A DNA stretch of 64,000 nt, taken from the sequence record NC_010821.1, one strand, 5' to 3'. The notes below the pieces were generated by a model. It saw only the letters and a list, made by a program, of their open reading frames with translations, was not told the origin of the DNA and did no database searches. Position 1 is the first letter of the stretch. Each line of letters starts with the position of its first letter. Below are positions 18,718-28,070 of the stretch, in pieces. Both the position numbers and the translations under genes were made by a program.

Positions 18718-18996
18718 ATGAGCGTAGACAATTTCATTGGTGCAGTAAAAGTAAAACGTGACGAAGCTGTAGAACACTTCCTGTCGGAAGACTTCCACCA
18801 GGCTATGGCGAATGGCGTAGAAGAACCTGAAGCCGTAGTACGTAAAGGTATTGATCAACTAGTTGGCGGTATTCTGGATGTCATCTCTGAGCAGTATGAA
18901 GATATCGTAACTGCCGAAGATTCTGAAGGTGAGTCGGTTAGCGTAACCGTCGCAAGTGACCTCTCAACTCTGTACTTTGAAGAGGTATCGAACTAA
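18718..18996 (+). CDS. acidic paralog family member 4
   Basis: LVGGILDVI core; ends DLSTLYFEEVSN. Confidence 0.8.
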   Translation: MSVDNFIGAVKVKRDEAVEHFLSEDFHQAMANGVEEPEAVVRKGIDQLVGGILDVISEQYEDIVTAEDSEGESVSVTVASDLSTLYFEEVSN

Positions 18997-19310
18997 TGTC
19001 TGAAGCTAATGCAGTGGAACAAGAAGAAACATACGCAACTGGTACTCAGGTTGTATTGGCTGAATTGAATAAACTCCCTGAAAAGATTCTGGGTTACGCT
19101 ATTCTGGACAATGCTGCTCCAGATGTAAAACTCATTCAGGAAGCCATACGTCGAACGCTGGGTATCGTTGAAACCCATATGGATCTTAGCTATCCAGATT
19201 CTGACCTCGTACCACAAGGCGAAGGTCCTGACGTTCAACTGACTAAGGTTGAAGTTCATGTGCCAGTAACTGACCTCGCTACCAAGTACTGGGATATGGT
19301 GAACGGCTAA
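18996..19310 (+). CDS. acidic paralog family member 5
   Basis: Ends DLATKYWDMVNG. Confidence 0.8.
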   Translation: MSEANAVEQEETYATGTQVVLAELNKLPEKILGYAILDNAAPDVKLIQEAIRRTLGIVETHMDLSYPDSDLVPQGEGPDVQLTKVEVHVPVTDLATKYWDMVNG

Positions 19311-19786
19311 TGACTACTGAACGTAAGCCAGCCCCGGAGATCACAGATCCATGGCTGCGTGAACATGCAGCCTCGATTAGTGAAGGGGCTCAAATGCTAT
19401 TCGATCAAAGGGCTCTGAGTGCCGCTGCACAAGGTGCTAAGTCCATGATCAATAGTTGGGTAGGTGAAGCCATCCAAACAGCTGTATCGGCCGCTCTGAC
19501 AATGGAACGACCTAAACCTGATCCCGAGGCTAAAGCGATTCTCGACGGTTCGGTATGTGCGATCACTATTGGTCAATGCGAAGAACTGTTGTTGCAGATT
19601 GATGACGATAAAGCCCGCGCTGCCGTTCACTCAACGGTAGAGCATGTATTGGAAGTCATCAATGACCAGTTCTATCTGACCCCGAAAGTGCAGGCTAGTG
19701 TCGACGGTACCCTGACAACTCGTCCCGCTCCAGTAGACTCGATAGATGCTAATCTGGCATTGCTCTGGGAAGCAGTTTCTAACTAA
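19310..19786 (+). CDS. acidic paralog family member 6
   Basis: VEHVLEVI core; ends NLALLWEAVSN. Confidence 0.8.
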   Translation: MTTERKPAPEITDPWLREHAASISEGAQMLFDQRALSAAAQGAKSMINSWVGEAIQTAVSAALTMERPKPDPEAKAILDGSVCAITIGQCEELLLQIDDDKARAAVHSTVEHVLEVINDQFYLTPKVQASVDGTLTTRPAPVDSIDANLALLWEAVSN

Positions 19787-19807
19787 GTTCTTAATAAAGG
19801 TATAGTC

Positions 19808-20164
19808 ATGCAAACTCGTAAATACAAAATCGGTCAATACGTTTCCGCGACAACTCAACTGATCAATGATAAGACTGGTGAAGTCTATTTGAATCCGGGT
19901 GAGTTGGCCCGCATCATGGTTATCGATCCGGCGTTGCATGAAGGTCGCCCATACGGACTGCGTAAAGAAGGTAATGCTGAACTCGGTATTCAGGCTGAGC
20001 ATATTACCAAGAACTACTTTGCCGAAGACCAATTGTGTGCAAGTCCACAACACCCAGCTAAGGCGGATATCTGGACTGAAAAGCCAGAGCAGTACTTCAG
20101 TCATCCATCGCATCCGCGTCACAATGAACTGAAGGCTCAGGGCTTCCGCTACACCCCACAGTAA
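19808..20164 (+). CDS. hypothetical protein, possible SH3-like beta barrel
   Basis: KYKIGQYVSA...PGELARIMVID pattern. Confidence 0.7.
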   Translation: MQTRKYKIGQYVSATTQLINDKTGEVYLNPGELARIMVIDPALHEGRPYGLRKEGNAELGIQAEHITKNYFAEDQLCASPQHPAKADIWTEKPEQYFSHPSHPRHNELKAQGFRYTPQ

Positions 20165-20176
20165 GTTGAGGTTGTC

Positions 20177-20377
20177 ATGGCTGAGCCTACGTCGGTAAAG
20201 AATGTTTATGCTGCCCAAGATAGACCCACACACGGACAAAGAGTCATATACTACTTCGAGCCGTTTGAGCAGTGGTATGTCGGAGTCTATGATGCCGATA
20301 AAGATTCTGTTTTTGGTAAATCAGGTTTCACCAGTTGGTTACCAGAAGTAACTAAATGGATGGACGGAGTTAATTAA
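20177..20377 (+). CDS. hypothetical protein
   Basis: GAGG SD. Confidence 0.7.
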   Translation: MAEPTSVKNVYAAQDRPTHGQRVIYYFEPFEQWYVGVYDADKDSVFGKSGFTSWLPEVTKWMDGVN

Positions 20378-20439
20378 ATGCCCATTTACGTACAGGTACA
20401 TCCGCGAACTTTAAAGTAAACCTGCGGAGGTAATGTACC

Positions 20440-20610
20440 ATGTCCAAATCGCGTCGCACTTGCTATTTCATCAACACGAAAGAATTCTGGTCCCCACGAC
20501 CTTACCGTTTCTTCTGTTCCAATAAGGAGAACAAAGTACTCTGTCACAAAGCAGAACGTCGGGTGGTTAAGAAAGACATCATCGGTTGGGAATTGCAACA
20601 GTTGTATTAA
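20440..20610 (+). CDS. small basic protein (56 aa)
   Basis: Translated by hand: MSKSRRTCYFINTKEFWSPRPY...; GGAGGT SD. Confidence 0.65.
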   Translation: MSKSRRTCYFINTKEFWSPRPYRFFCSNKENKVLCHKAERRVVKKDIIGWELQQLY

Positions 20611-20619
20611 AGTAATATC

Positions 20620-20648
20620 GCCCTCCTTCTGGAGGGCTTCTATTCTTA
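20620..20648 (+). terminator. intrinsic terminator-like hairpin
   Basis: GCCCTCC-TTCT-GGAGGGC-TTCTATTC. Confidence 0.7.
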
Positions 20649-20661
20649 TAAGAGGCTTAAG

Positions 20662-21144
20662 ATGGATTGGAGAGTATACGCATCACTGGGACTCGTATTT
20701 CTTATTCTGTACATGCTGGTAGTGCCACCTAAAGCCGCACGTGAGAAACTCGTAGTGCAAGCTAAGCGTAAAAAGCGTAACGCAGAGAATGGTATCGTAG
20801 AGCCAAAGACCTATACCAGTATTAAGATCACAGGTATCACAGCTCGTCGGGGTGATTCAACCGTATACCTTACTGCACTCGGTGGCAATGATACGATCAC
20901 CTTTGAGGGTATCGCTAAGGGTAACTATTCAGAGACGGCTTATGTTCTGATTGACGGTCAAGGTCAAATGAAACAACATCCAACCGAGGTATTGGTACAG
21001 AATGAATACCGTAAAGGTGACTGGGGTATTCTGGCTGTAACGATGTCACCAGGTAACGTAACTCAACGCAGTATCGTACCTGGAGTAATCCATGAATCCA
21101 ACGCATTTAAGATCGAACTTAGTATGCATGTTAATCCTAAATAG
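20662..21144 (+). CDS. N-terminally membrane-anchored protein
   Basis: Hydrophobic N-terminus followed by a basic patch and a beta-rich domain. Confidence 0.75.
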   Translation: MDWRVYASLGLVFLILYMLVVPPKAAREKLVVQAKRKKRNAENGIVEPKTYTSIKITGITARRGDSTVYLTALGGNDTITFEGIAKGNYSETAYVLIDGQGQMKQHPTEVLVQNEYRKGDWGILAVTMSPGNVTQRSIVPGVIHESNAFKIELSMHVNPK

Positions 21145-21189
21145 TATAGGTTTGCAATTTCGCAATCCGTTCTAGAAAGGATTAAACTA

Positions 21190-21543
21190 ATGGCTATTCC
21201 AAGTTTGGCCGACATCAAGGCCACAGTAAGTGCCGCTGAGATCGCTCCGTATGAAGCAGATATCACAGCACATCTGGAAACAGCGGGTACTGTTGAGTAT
21301 CTGGAAACTGCTCCGGCTGCAATGATTGTTCGTACCTACCCTGGTAAAGTAATTACCCCTCAAGGTATTGAAGCATTGAAAGCTGCTCTGACTGCTGCCG
21401 GTTGGCTTACCCCTACCGTAGTTAACGGTCACGAGATCCCTGCTAGTGGTATTGGTGTTAACACCCAGCAACCACGTCCACAGGTAACCGTAACATTTAA
21501 GCCGCCAGCGGCTACCCCACCAGAACCAGATACCGGTGGTTGA
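21190..21543 (+). CDS. Ala/Thr/Pro-rich protein, possible virion component
   Basis: AGGA SD; composition only. Confidence 0.75.
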   Translation: MAIPSLADIKATVSAAEIAPYEADITAHLETAGTVEYLETAPAAMIVRTYPGKVITPQGIEALKAALTAAGWLTPTVVNGHEIPASGIGVNTQQPRPQVTVTFKPPAATPPEPDTGG

Positions 21544-21551
21544 TTTTAAAT

Positions 21552-21608
21552 GGTCCTACCTTCGGGTAGGACTTTATACCGTCATAAAGCCAGTCCTTCG
21601 GGACTGGC
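21552..21608. terminator. back-to-back terminators for convergent genes
   Basis: GGTCCTACC-TTCG-GGTAGGAC (+), then GCCAGTCC-TTCG-GGACTGGC. Confidence 0.75.
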
Positions 21609-21625
21609 AATTATGCTTTTCTTTT

Positions 21626-21859
21626 TTACAGATCTTTGAACCCTTTAGGACCAGCAAGTGTAGAAGTGGTCGTGTAGGTTTCTTTAGACGGTTTAGCCTT
21701 AGACTTCTCTACATGCTCAGGTAGTTTCTTTTTACTACCCTTGTCTTTCTCATTAAACTCTTTTGCAACTTTAGGATCGATTCCTACTTTCTTAGCGAAC
21801 TTAGGATCATGGCTAGCTGCGGCCATCAGCCGCTTTTGCGCTTCAGATTTTGATGGCAT
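21626..21859 (-). CDS. small Lys-rich phage protein (MPSKSEAQKRLMAAASHDPKFAKKVGI type)
   Basis: GGAG SD; TATGTA late-type motif upstream (21885-21890, - strand); recognisable as a widespread small phage protein, function unknown to me. Confidence 0.75.
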   Translation of the reverse strand: MPSKSEAQKRLMAAASHDPKFAKKVGIDPKVAKEFNEKDKGSKKKLPEHVEKSKAKPSKETYTTTSTLAGPKGFKDL

Positions 21860-21916
21860 GATTATGCTCCAAGTGAGTTGGTGGTACATAGGATATATTA
21901 GAAGCCTTTTAAAGAG

Positions 21917-21924
21917 TATATTAC
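21917..21924 (+). promoter_or_regulatory. early promoter motif TATATTAC
   Basis: Exact motif within GAAGCCTTTTAAAGAGTATATTACAATAGTGAAT. Confidence 0.75.
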
Positions 21925-21960
21925 AATAGTGAATTAAATACTTTCCCTAGGAGTAATACC

Positions 21961-22272
21961 ATGCGTAGCTCGGATGAGTTCAAACATTTTCACCGCCTCA
22001 TTCACGCTGTAGATGTATTGGATGCAATCAAAAACGAAGTCATGGTCTGGGTCGACGAACACGGGCGGTTCCAGGTTGATTTCAGTATCCTCGGTAAGCC
22101 AGCTAGGGCTCGGATGCGTCTGGAAGAATGCGATGAGTGCAGTATTGACCTGTATGATGAACTGGGTCAGATCGACGGCAAACTGATTGTTGATTGCGAC
22201 ACGGCCGAGGAGTACACTAAGCTCGCGGAACGTATGATCAGTTACCTGCATCTCCCACGCGATACCTTTTAA
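21961..22272 (+). CDS. hypothetical protein
   Basis: AGGAG SD. Confidence 0.75.
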   Translation: MRSSDEFKHFHRLIHAVDVLDAIKNEVMVWVDEHGRFQVDFSILGKPARARMRLEECDECSIDLYDELGQIDGKLIVDCDTAEEYTKLAERMISYLHLPRDTF

Positions 22273-22287
22273 CCCAAGGAACTTCTG

Positions 22288-22638
22288 ATGTTCAATATCG
22301 AAAACCGTGAGCAGGTCACAGATTCAGTTATTGCAGATGTATTGGAATACGCGCTGGTGGTCGGAGCGTACGACCCACTTATGGGACGTAAGTTCATGTG
22401 TAGTGCACTGTCTCAGCTTTGGTGTGACAACGTGATTAGCAGTACTGTTAGACTCGCCTGTGTGAAAGTTGTTCTTTCCGCCATCCAAGGCGATATCACC
22501 GTTGCCACATACCTGTTAAAAAACAATATGATTGACTATAACACTTTTGCATGTAAGGTTAGTCGTCATATGGAAACCTGCCGTCACTACTGGCGACTGA
22601 TTCGTAAACTACGGGGTCAACCGGCCTTGGAGATCTAA
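22288..22638 (+). CDS. hypothetical protein
   Basis: AAGGA SD. Confidence 0.7.
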   Translation: MFNIENREQVTDSVIADVLEYALVVGAYDPLMGRKFMCSALSQLWCDNVISSTVRLACVKVVLSAIQGDITVATYLLKNNMIDYNTFACKVSRHMETCRHYWRLIRKLRGQPALEI

Positions 22639-22639
22639 C

Positions 22640-22978
22640 ATGTTAGAAGTCTATAATGCGTGGCTGGCGCTCCCATGGGGCGCCAAGCTTTTGTGTACCG
22701 CCCCAATCATTGCGTTACCATTGATCTACTGTACTCACCCCAAACGAATGGGGATGGCGTGGTCACATGCTTGGACTCAACAAATCAACAAGGAGATATC
22801 CGCTACCCGCAAGCAGCATAAAGGAGCAGTACGTAAAGCGGAAATGGTTGAAACGTTTTATCGGGTAAAAGCAAAGCTTGCATTGGAAACAGGGGAGTTT
22901 GACTGCTACCCTGATATGACACCGGAACAACGCTACGTCTGGAATTATTTCCTAGAGCGTATACGCCCCCAACTTTAA
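22640..22978 (+). CDS. putative membrane-anchored protein
   Basis: N-terminal hydrophobic segment. Confidence 0.7.
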   Translation: MLEVYNAWLALPWGAKLLCTAPIIALPLIYCTHPKRMGMAWSHAWTQQINKEISATRKQHKGAVRKAEMVETFYRVKAKLALETGEFDCYPDMTPEQRYVWNYFLERIRPQL

Positions 22979-22988
22979 GGAACTGTCG

Positions 22989-23201
22989 ATGCGTCGTGAA
23001 ATCCGCGTCAACCCATACAAGTTCAATTATGGTGATGGTAAAGGTTCTCTGACCATCCTCATGGATATCGCAAAGGAAGTGGAGTGTGATGTCGACTATG
23101 GTAGTTGGAATAGTTGCGTTACCTACATGCCCGAAGATGATGTCCAGTTCAACAAAGTTACTGAGTTGTTGGACGCATTCGAATTCGAATACCGTAGTTG
23201 A
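22989..23201 (+). CDS. hypothetical protein
   Basis: AAGGA SD. Confidence 0.7.
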   Translation: MRREIRVNPYKFNYGDGKGSLTILMDIAKEVECDVDYGSWNSCVTYMPEDDVQFNKVTELLDAFEFEYRS

Positions 23202-23224
23202 TGTAATAGAAGCCTTTTAAACGC

Positions 23225-23232
23225 TATATTAC
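23225..23232 (+). promoter_or_regulatory. early promoter motif TATATTAC
   Basis: Exact motif within GAAGCCTTTTAAACGCTATATTACATTTGTGAAT. Confidence 0.75.
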
Positions 23233-23268
23233 ATTTGTGAATTCAATATTAACCCAAGGAGCATTACC

Positions 23269-23379
23269 ATGGAAATTAAAGATGTTGTTAAACAAATTGA
23301 TACAGTCGTAGCCATCGGCGTTGGCGCCATCGCTACACTGGTTGTACTCACCGCAATCGTTCTTCCAAGCAAGCGCTAA
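23269..23379 (+). CDS. small single-TM peptide (36 aa)
   Basis: AAGGAG SD; first ORF after the early promoter; VVAIGVGAIATLVVLTAIVL. Confidence 0.65.
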   Translation: MEIKDVVKQIDTVVAIGVGAIATLVVLTAIVLPSKR

Positions 23380-23387
23380 GGTCCCCC

Positions 23388-23630
23388 ATGCAACTGACTA
23401 ACACTGTAACGGCTTGGACCAACCAGCTTCATCATGCATTGGGTAACAAGATCGAGGAAATGATTGTAGCTGATCTCCCATCGTTCGAAGCAGATGAAGA
23501 ACTCCGCGGTTTCTTCGATCAGACCTACCTGGATCTGTACCAGCACGAAGCTTGCCCTAAGGTGCGAGCCGAAGTGATTGCTGTGATCCAAGTGCATGAC
23601 CATAAGCTCTGCCGGATTCAAATGCATTAA
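23388..23630 (+). CDS. hypothetical protein
   Basis: ORF track. Confidence 0.7.
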   Translation: MQLTNTVTAWTNQLHHALGNKIEEMIVADLPSFEADEELRGFFDQTYLDLYQHEACPKVRAEVIAVIQVHDHKLCRIQMH

Positions 23631-23673
23631 AAATTGGACTCTGGTCCATCAACTTAAAGACTGGAGTATCCAA

Positions 23674-24018
23674 ATGTCCAAATTCAAAAATGCTGTAAAT
23701 ATTACATTGTTCACGATGGGTGTAGCCGGCCTGTTTGTAGACTTTTATAGTCGCAGCAAAAAGGCACATCTTCGCAACGAACATGATGACGTATCGAACT
23801 GGTTTACCATTCAGCGTCATCAGATCGACCTGCTTGAAATCCAAGCCTGCTTGTCCGGCCAAGGTCCAGCTAAGTTGGTTGAGAATCTGGCGGGTGTTAA
23901 GAACATCATCGCTTACGAAAGTATCGATCGTTTCCCAGGTAGTCCAGATGCCGCTGGCGCGCTGACGAACCTGAATGATTACATTGACGAAATCATCAAA
24001 AGATATCAAGGAGTATAA
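23674..24018 (+). CDS. hypothetical protein with N-terminal hydrophobic segment
   Basis: ORF 23596..24018; GGAG SD before 23674. Confidence 0.7.
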   Translation: MSKFKNAVNITLFTMGVAGLFVDFYSRSKKAHLRNEHDDVSNWFTIQRHQIDLLEIQACLSGQGPAKLVENLAGVKNIIAYESIDRFPGSPDAAGALTNLNDYIDEIIKRYQGV

Positions 24019-24019
24019 A

Positions 24020-24256
24020 ATGGTTTTCAACCCCAAGAAGGAAGGCAATAAACTGGTCTACTGCACTCGCAACGCAAAAGTCGTTGCTGCTAAAGATCTG
24101 TGGCCTGAACTGGACAACACTGACGGCATCAACGTACTGCAAGCCGAGCACTATGTTCATGACGAGTGGCACCCAATCCGTACATCCATGATCGTTGACA
24201 TCCGTGGCAACGATTACGAAACCCGCAATTCCATCTACCGCGTTATCGATAAGTAA
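24020..24256 (+). CDS. hypothetical protein
   Basis: AAGGAG SD. Confidence 0.7.
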   Translation: MVFNPKKEGNKLVYCTRNAKVVAAKDLWPELDNTDGINVLQAEHYVHDEWHPIRTSMIVDIRGNDYETRNSIYRVIDK

Positions 24257-24266
24257 GGAATCGAGT

Positions 24267-24653
24267 ATGTCTCGTAAGAACAGTACCATCATCGCTATCG
24301 CGGTACATCCGAAACTCAGTATCGGTGACAAGTTCTATCGCGTTGGTTACAGTGGCGTGACCGAGATCGAACTGACCACCAAACCGTTTTGGTACAGCTA
24401 CAAGAGTTTCCCAGGTGGTCATTGGGAAATAGGCTTTAAGTCAGTGAGTCAGTCTGAAGGATCGTTTAATAAAACCATGATCCTGGCCGATGAAGGTTTC
24501 ACCGGTTTCGTTTATGACGATCGACCAAATCGTCTGGTGAAGAATGCAGAGGACATCGTGCAAGCGCAGATGGCTTACGATGCTTGGCTGGACCTTTCCA
24601 ATCAGGAAGCGGAATTCTACACCCGTTCAGCTGACTACCACGACGGCTATTAA
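24267..24653 (+). CDS. hypothetical protein
   Basis: AAGGA SD. Confidence 0.7.
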   Translation: MSRKNSTIIAIAVHPKLSIGDKFYRVGYSGVTEIELTTKPFWYSYKSFPGGHWEIGFKSVSQSEGSFNKTMILADEGFTGFVYDDRPNRLVKNAEDIVQAQMAYDAWLDLSNQEAEFYTRSADYHDGY

Positions 24654-24696
24654 GCCATCCCGTAATAAATCAAAACTAACTAAGGAGCAATATCAA

Positions 24697-24930
24697 ATGT
24701 TTAATACTACTCATATCGGCGACACCATGATCCTGACTCCAGATGTAGTTCGCATGACGCCTGAGCGTGAGCAGGCCATTCGCGACTTCACCGCTGAGCA
24801 CGGTTCCGTAGTGAGCGCTTCCATCGACACGAATGTTGACGGTACCCTGAAATCTGTCGATCTGTTCGGCGGTAACAAGGCTACCCGTGAATCGTTCCGT
24901 GAGTCGTTGGCAAAAGTGGCTCTCTACTGA
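24697..24930 (+). CDS. hypothetical protein
   Basis: AAGGAG SD. Confidence 0.7.
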   Translation: MFNTTHIGDTMILTPDVVRMTPEREQAIRDFTAEHGSVVSASIDTNVDGTLKSVDLFGGNKATRESFRESLAKVALY

Positions 24931-24994
24931 GCCGGGGTGCATTGGGGACCATCGGGTCCCCAAGCATTAACTTATTTTTTCGGAGTTTTTGGTA

Positions 24995-25696
24995 ATGGAG
25001 CTTTATCGCGATTTGGTATTCAAGCGTAACATTCATGGATACGCTGAAGAAACGCGTGTACAGTTGTACCGCACTCACATCCGTCAACTACCATTCTGGG
25101 TAGTGTACCACCCACATAACGAAGAACTTGATCTTCGCAAAGTTGAAAAGCTGGGTTCGTACTTCCTTGCTCCAGAAAGCGTGGTAGGTTATTTCAGGTC
25201 TTTCTATAACGCATGGGCAACCGGTAGTGAGTTCATCCCATCGATTGATATGACGGATGAAGCACTGCACGCACTGCGTAGCGCAAGACCTGACCCTAAT
25301 GGTCTGATGTACCGCGTCATCTACCGTAACCCGTTTGCCGACATCCCAGAGTGTGCGTTCGGCCATGGTTTATACGACATCGATGAACCGCGTTTTGTAT
25401 CTACCAAGACTAGTAGCATTGGTCATTGGTGTATCTACAACGAACACGTGGCAAAAGCAGTTACTCGCGTTCATGCTGCGATGCCTTTTAGCGGATACGT
25501 ATGGGACCGTCTTTGCAATAACCCTAGTGGTGGTTACATGGTAGTCCAAGCCACACCATTCAATCCGTCAGGAAACCCTATCGAGGGTGAAGAATGGCGT
25601 GACATTGAAGAGGCCCCCGTTTGGAACATTAGTGTTCGACTGGACTTCAATGCAGATATGTCTGATATAGAAACAATCTTTGAACTTAAACACTGA
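24995..25696 (+). CDS. hypothetical protein
   Basis: GGAG SD; 233 aa. Confidence 0.8.
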   Translation: MELYRDLVFKRNIHGYAEETRVQLYRTHIRQLPFWVVYHPHNEELDLRKVEKLGSYFLAPESVVGYFRSFYNAWATGSEFIPSIDMTDEALHALRSARPDPNGLMYRVIYRNPFADIPECAFGHGLYDIDEPRFVSTKTSSIGHWCIYNEHVAKAVTRVHAAMPFSGYVWDRLCNNPSGGYMVVQATPFNPSGNPIEGEEWRDIEEAPVWNISVRLDFNADMSDIETIFELKH

Positions 25697-25707
25697 GGAG
25701 GTAAAAC

Positions 25708-26187
25708 ATGCAGCATTATGGCATGGTCGCACAAAAGCTGGATCAACACAATACTTTTATGGAAACTGGACGTCGTCCATCCCTTCCGGGCCAGCAATAC
25801 AAAGTAGAATATCTTGAAAGTGCCGATAACCTGTATTCGGTTACATCCGACTGGCAAGGTTTCCCTAACTTCATGGTATGGAATGACGACCTCACGGTGA
25901 TCTTCGATCCAATCGGACATTTCAGCTCCAAAGAAGTATTCGATATCGTGTCTGGACATATGGCCAACATGACCGATGAAGAACGTAAACTGTTCGATCC
26001 TATTCTGATCCAGTTGATTACCCTCAATGGGATCAACCAGATCGTTCTCGGCGATGACTTCATCGAGATCTATACTCATGTCGCAGGTAAACAAAAACTG
26101 CTACTAGTCACCGTAATGAATATGATTGATACATCGGAACGATCGATCGACCGCATCCACTGGCGTAGTCGTTCCACACTTAACTAA
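25708..26187 (+). CDS. hypothetical protein
   Basis: GAGGAGGT SD. Confidence 0.8.
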   Translation: MQHYGMVAQKLDQHNTFMETGRRPSLPGQQYKVEYLESADNLYSVTSDWQGFPNFMVWNDDLTVIFDPIGHFSSKEVFDIVSGHMANMTDEERKLFDPILIQLITLNGINQIVLGDDFIEIYTHVAGKQKLLLVTVMNMIDTSERSIDRIHWRSRSTLN

Positions 26188-26216
26188 TTGGGGACTTTGG
26201 TCCCCATCGAGGGACC

Positions 26217-26486
26217 ATGATTCCTATTACGATCTTTAAACATACCTCGGGCGACTGGGTAGCTAATTGGGGCGGTCGCATTCACCATGTTACGTTTAAC
26301 CCAACCGATGATTTGACATTCGTGTCATTGGGGTTGACTGACTTTGGTGCCGTTAAGTTTGAACTAAACCCGCGTGGAGTGATCCTAGGGGTTTATAATA
26401 ACCGCACGGAGCAACCGCTTGAAGAGCTTGCATTCCCAGTAAACCACTCACTGTACCGTGAGTTAAATATAGGTAGGCCTGTATGA
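26217..26486 (+). CDS. hypothetical protein
   Basis: GAGGG SD. Confidence 0.7.
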   Translation: MIPITIFKHTSGDWVANWGGRIHHVTFNPTDDLTFVSLGLTDFGAVKFELNPRGVILGVYNNRTEQPLEELAFPVNHSLYRELNIGRPV

Positions 26487-26935
26487 AAACCCGCTATGCA
26501 AAACGTGAAGGGTGTGTACCTGATTGGGCGTCATGCATCCGCACCAACCTTGCTCCACCTAGTTTCCAAAGGAAACCCATGACCATCGAATTGGATGATG
26601 GTTCCGTAGTCTGTGGAAGTCACCTTCATGCAGATGGTCGGCGTTTTAACTTCAGGGATGTTTACGGCACACCAGTCGATAAAGATTGGGAATACCTACA
26701 TATCACTCAGCTTAGCTATACCGCTGAGGATGGCAGTACCCAGATCGTCGAAGTAGACCCACGCAATCCACACATCATCAACAAAACTCACGTGACTACC
26801 AAAATGGGCTACGTGACTAAAGTTAATGGTAAGCGTTGGGGCGTGATGGTTCATCTGAACTGGCGTACCGGTGATACCCAAATCATTCCTGACCAAGGTT
26901 CCCCAATCACGGGTGCCTTGATCCAACTGATCTAA
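26483..26935 (+). CDS. hypothetical protein
   Basis: ATGA overlap; followed by a TTCG hairpin terminator. Confidence 0.75.
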   Translation: MKTRYAKREGCVPDWASCIRTNLAPPSFQRKPMTIELDDGSVVCGSHLHADGRRFNFRDVYGTPVDKDWEYLHITQLSYTAEDGSTQIVEVDPRNPHIINKTHVTTKMGYVTKVNGKRWGVMVHLNWRTGDTQIIPDQGSPITGALIQLI

Positions 26936-26977
26936 TACGTCTCCCTTCGGGGAGACTTCTATTCCTTAGGAGTCAAT

Positions 26978-27142
26978 ATGCTATCAGATGATGCATGGGA
27001 TAAGTTATGCGATGAACTGAAAAAGAATCCTATCCCTGCGGTGCGTGTAGCCACATTCCCACAGCGCGATGCACCTATGGTCATGACTGACAAATGTAGT
27101 GGTATTTATCCGATCCGTGAACTTAAAAAGGACCGTAAGTAA
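26978..27142 (+). CDS. small hypothetical protein (54 aa)
   Basis: AGGAG SD; coupled to the next ATG. Confidence 0.6.
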   Translation: MLSDDAWDKLCDELKKNPIPAVRVATFPQRDAPMVMTDKCSGIYPIRELKKDRK

Positions 27143-27489
27143 TGTACGTCGAATTTTTCAATATCTCAACGCAAAAATGTTATTACCTGTGCGGTACCCT
27201 GGCAGACCCAGTTGCCATAGTGTACAAGCGCAATGTAACTGACATGATGTTGAAACTTGATGTTGAGATGAAAGTTATGGACGTGTTCGATATTGTCCGT
27301 CCAGTGGTGGATCGACTCATAGAAGTTGAAGGTAGTGGTTTCTGGGTGGTAAAGATCTTCGACTTCACGGACGAATCTACTACAAGTATAACCAGACACC
27401 GTCTCACCAAAGAATACGGAATCTACCGTGTAGGTGAACCAACTTATATTGATGGCGTCCTGCAACCAACGAAATTCATTTCGGTTTAG
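27142..27489 (+). CDS. hypothetical protein
   Basis: TAATG coupling. Confidence 0.7.
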   Translation: MYVEFFNISTQKCYYLCGTLADPVAIVYKRNVTDMMLKLDVEMKVMDVFDIVRPVVDRLIEVEGSGFWVVKIFDFTDESTTSITRHRLTKEYGIYRVGEPTYIDGVLQPTKFISV

Positions 27490-27600
27490 CAGTAGAATCA
27501 AAATCACATTTACATTATAGACCAGCAGTAAACAAACTAATACTATCCCCGAATCATCGTGGAGTAAGTTTATGGCTAAAATTAGAAATGGGGAAACGAA

Positions 27601-27879
27601 ATGGGTTGGTTTAGAGAAGTCGCTGGATTGATTGATCACGTTGCAAAGTCTGACGTCGTACGTGGCATGATTCTACAAGCGAACAGTGATATCTATCTAC
27701 ATAAGACAGATCGTGAAAACGGTTATACCGAAGTTAAGTATGCAAACGAAGGTGACGATCTTGAAGTCCTTTGTGAGGATCTTGAGATCGAAGGGGGCTT
27801 TCGCGTAATCAATCGTGACAATCATGACCAAATCGAAACGGTACAACTAACTGATCTTGATGATGGGAGTCATTCATGA
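27601..27879 (+). CDS. acidic hypothetical protein
   Basis: ORF track; GGGG SD-like sequence. Confidence 0.65.
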   Translation: MGWFREVAGLIDHVAKSDVVRGMILQANSDIYLHKTDRENGYTEVKYANEGDDLEVLCEDLEIEGGFRVINRDNHDQIETVQLTDLDDGSHS

Positions 27880-28070
27880 AACGTGCACGTCTAAAAGAAG
27901 CAATCGTTAATGTTGTATTGGATATACCTATCACCTTGGCTCCAGCTGGTGCGGAAGTAACGATCCTTGAAGATAATGGTTCCAACTATGAAGTTGCTTA
28001 TTATGGCGGGGAATCGCCTTCGACGACTTTCTATGTCCGTCCTAACCAAGTGGAGCTGATCAATGAGTAA
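27876..28070 (+). CDS. small SH3-like protein (tentative)
   Basis: AGAEVTILEDNGSNYEVAY...FYVRPNQVELI. Confidence 0.65.
   Translation: MKRARLKEAIVNVVLDIPITLAPAGAEVTILEDNGSNYEVAYYGGESPSTTFYVRPNQVELINE

Noticed and set aside
27572-27640. Possible programmed frameshift joining a 19-codon ORF (strong GGAG SD) to 27601..27879
   Set aside because: No canonical slippery heptamer or downstream structure, and the second ORF has its own GGGG SD-like site.
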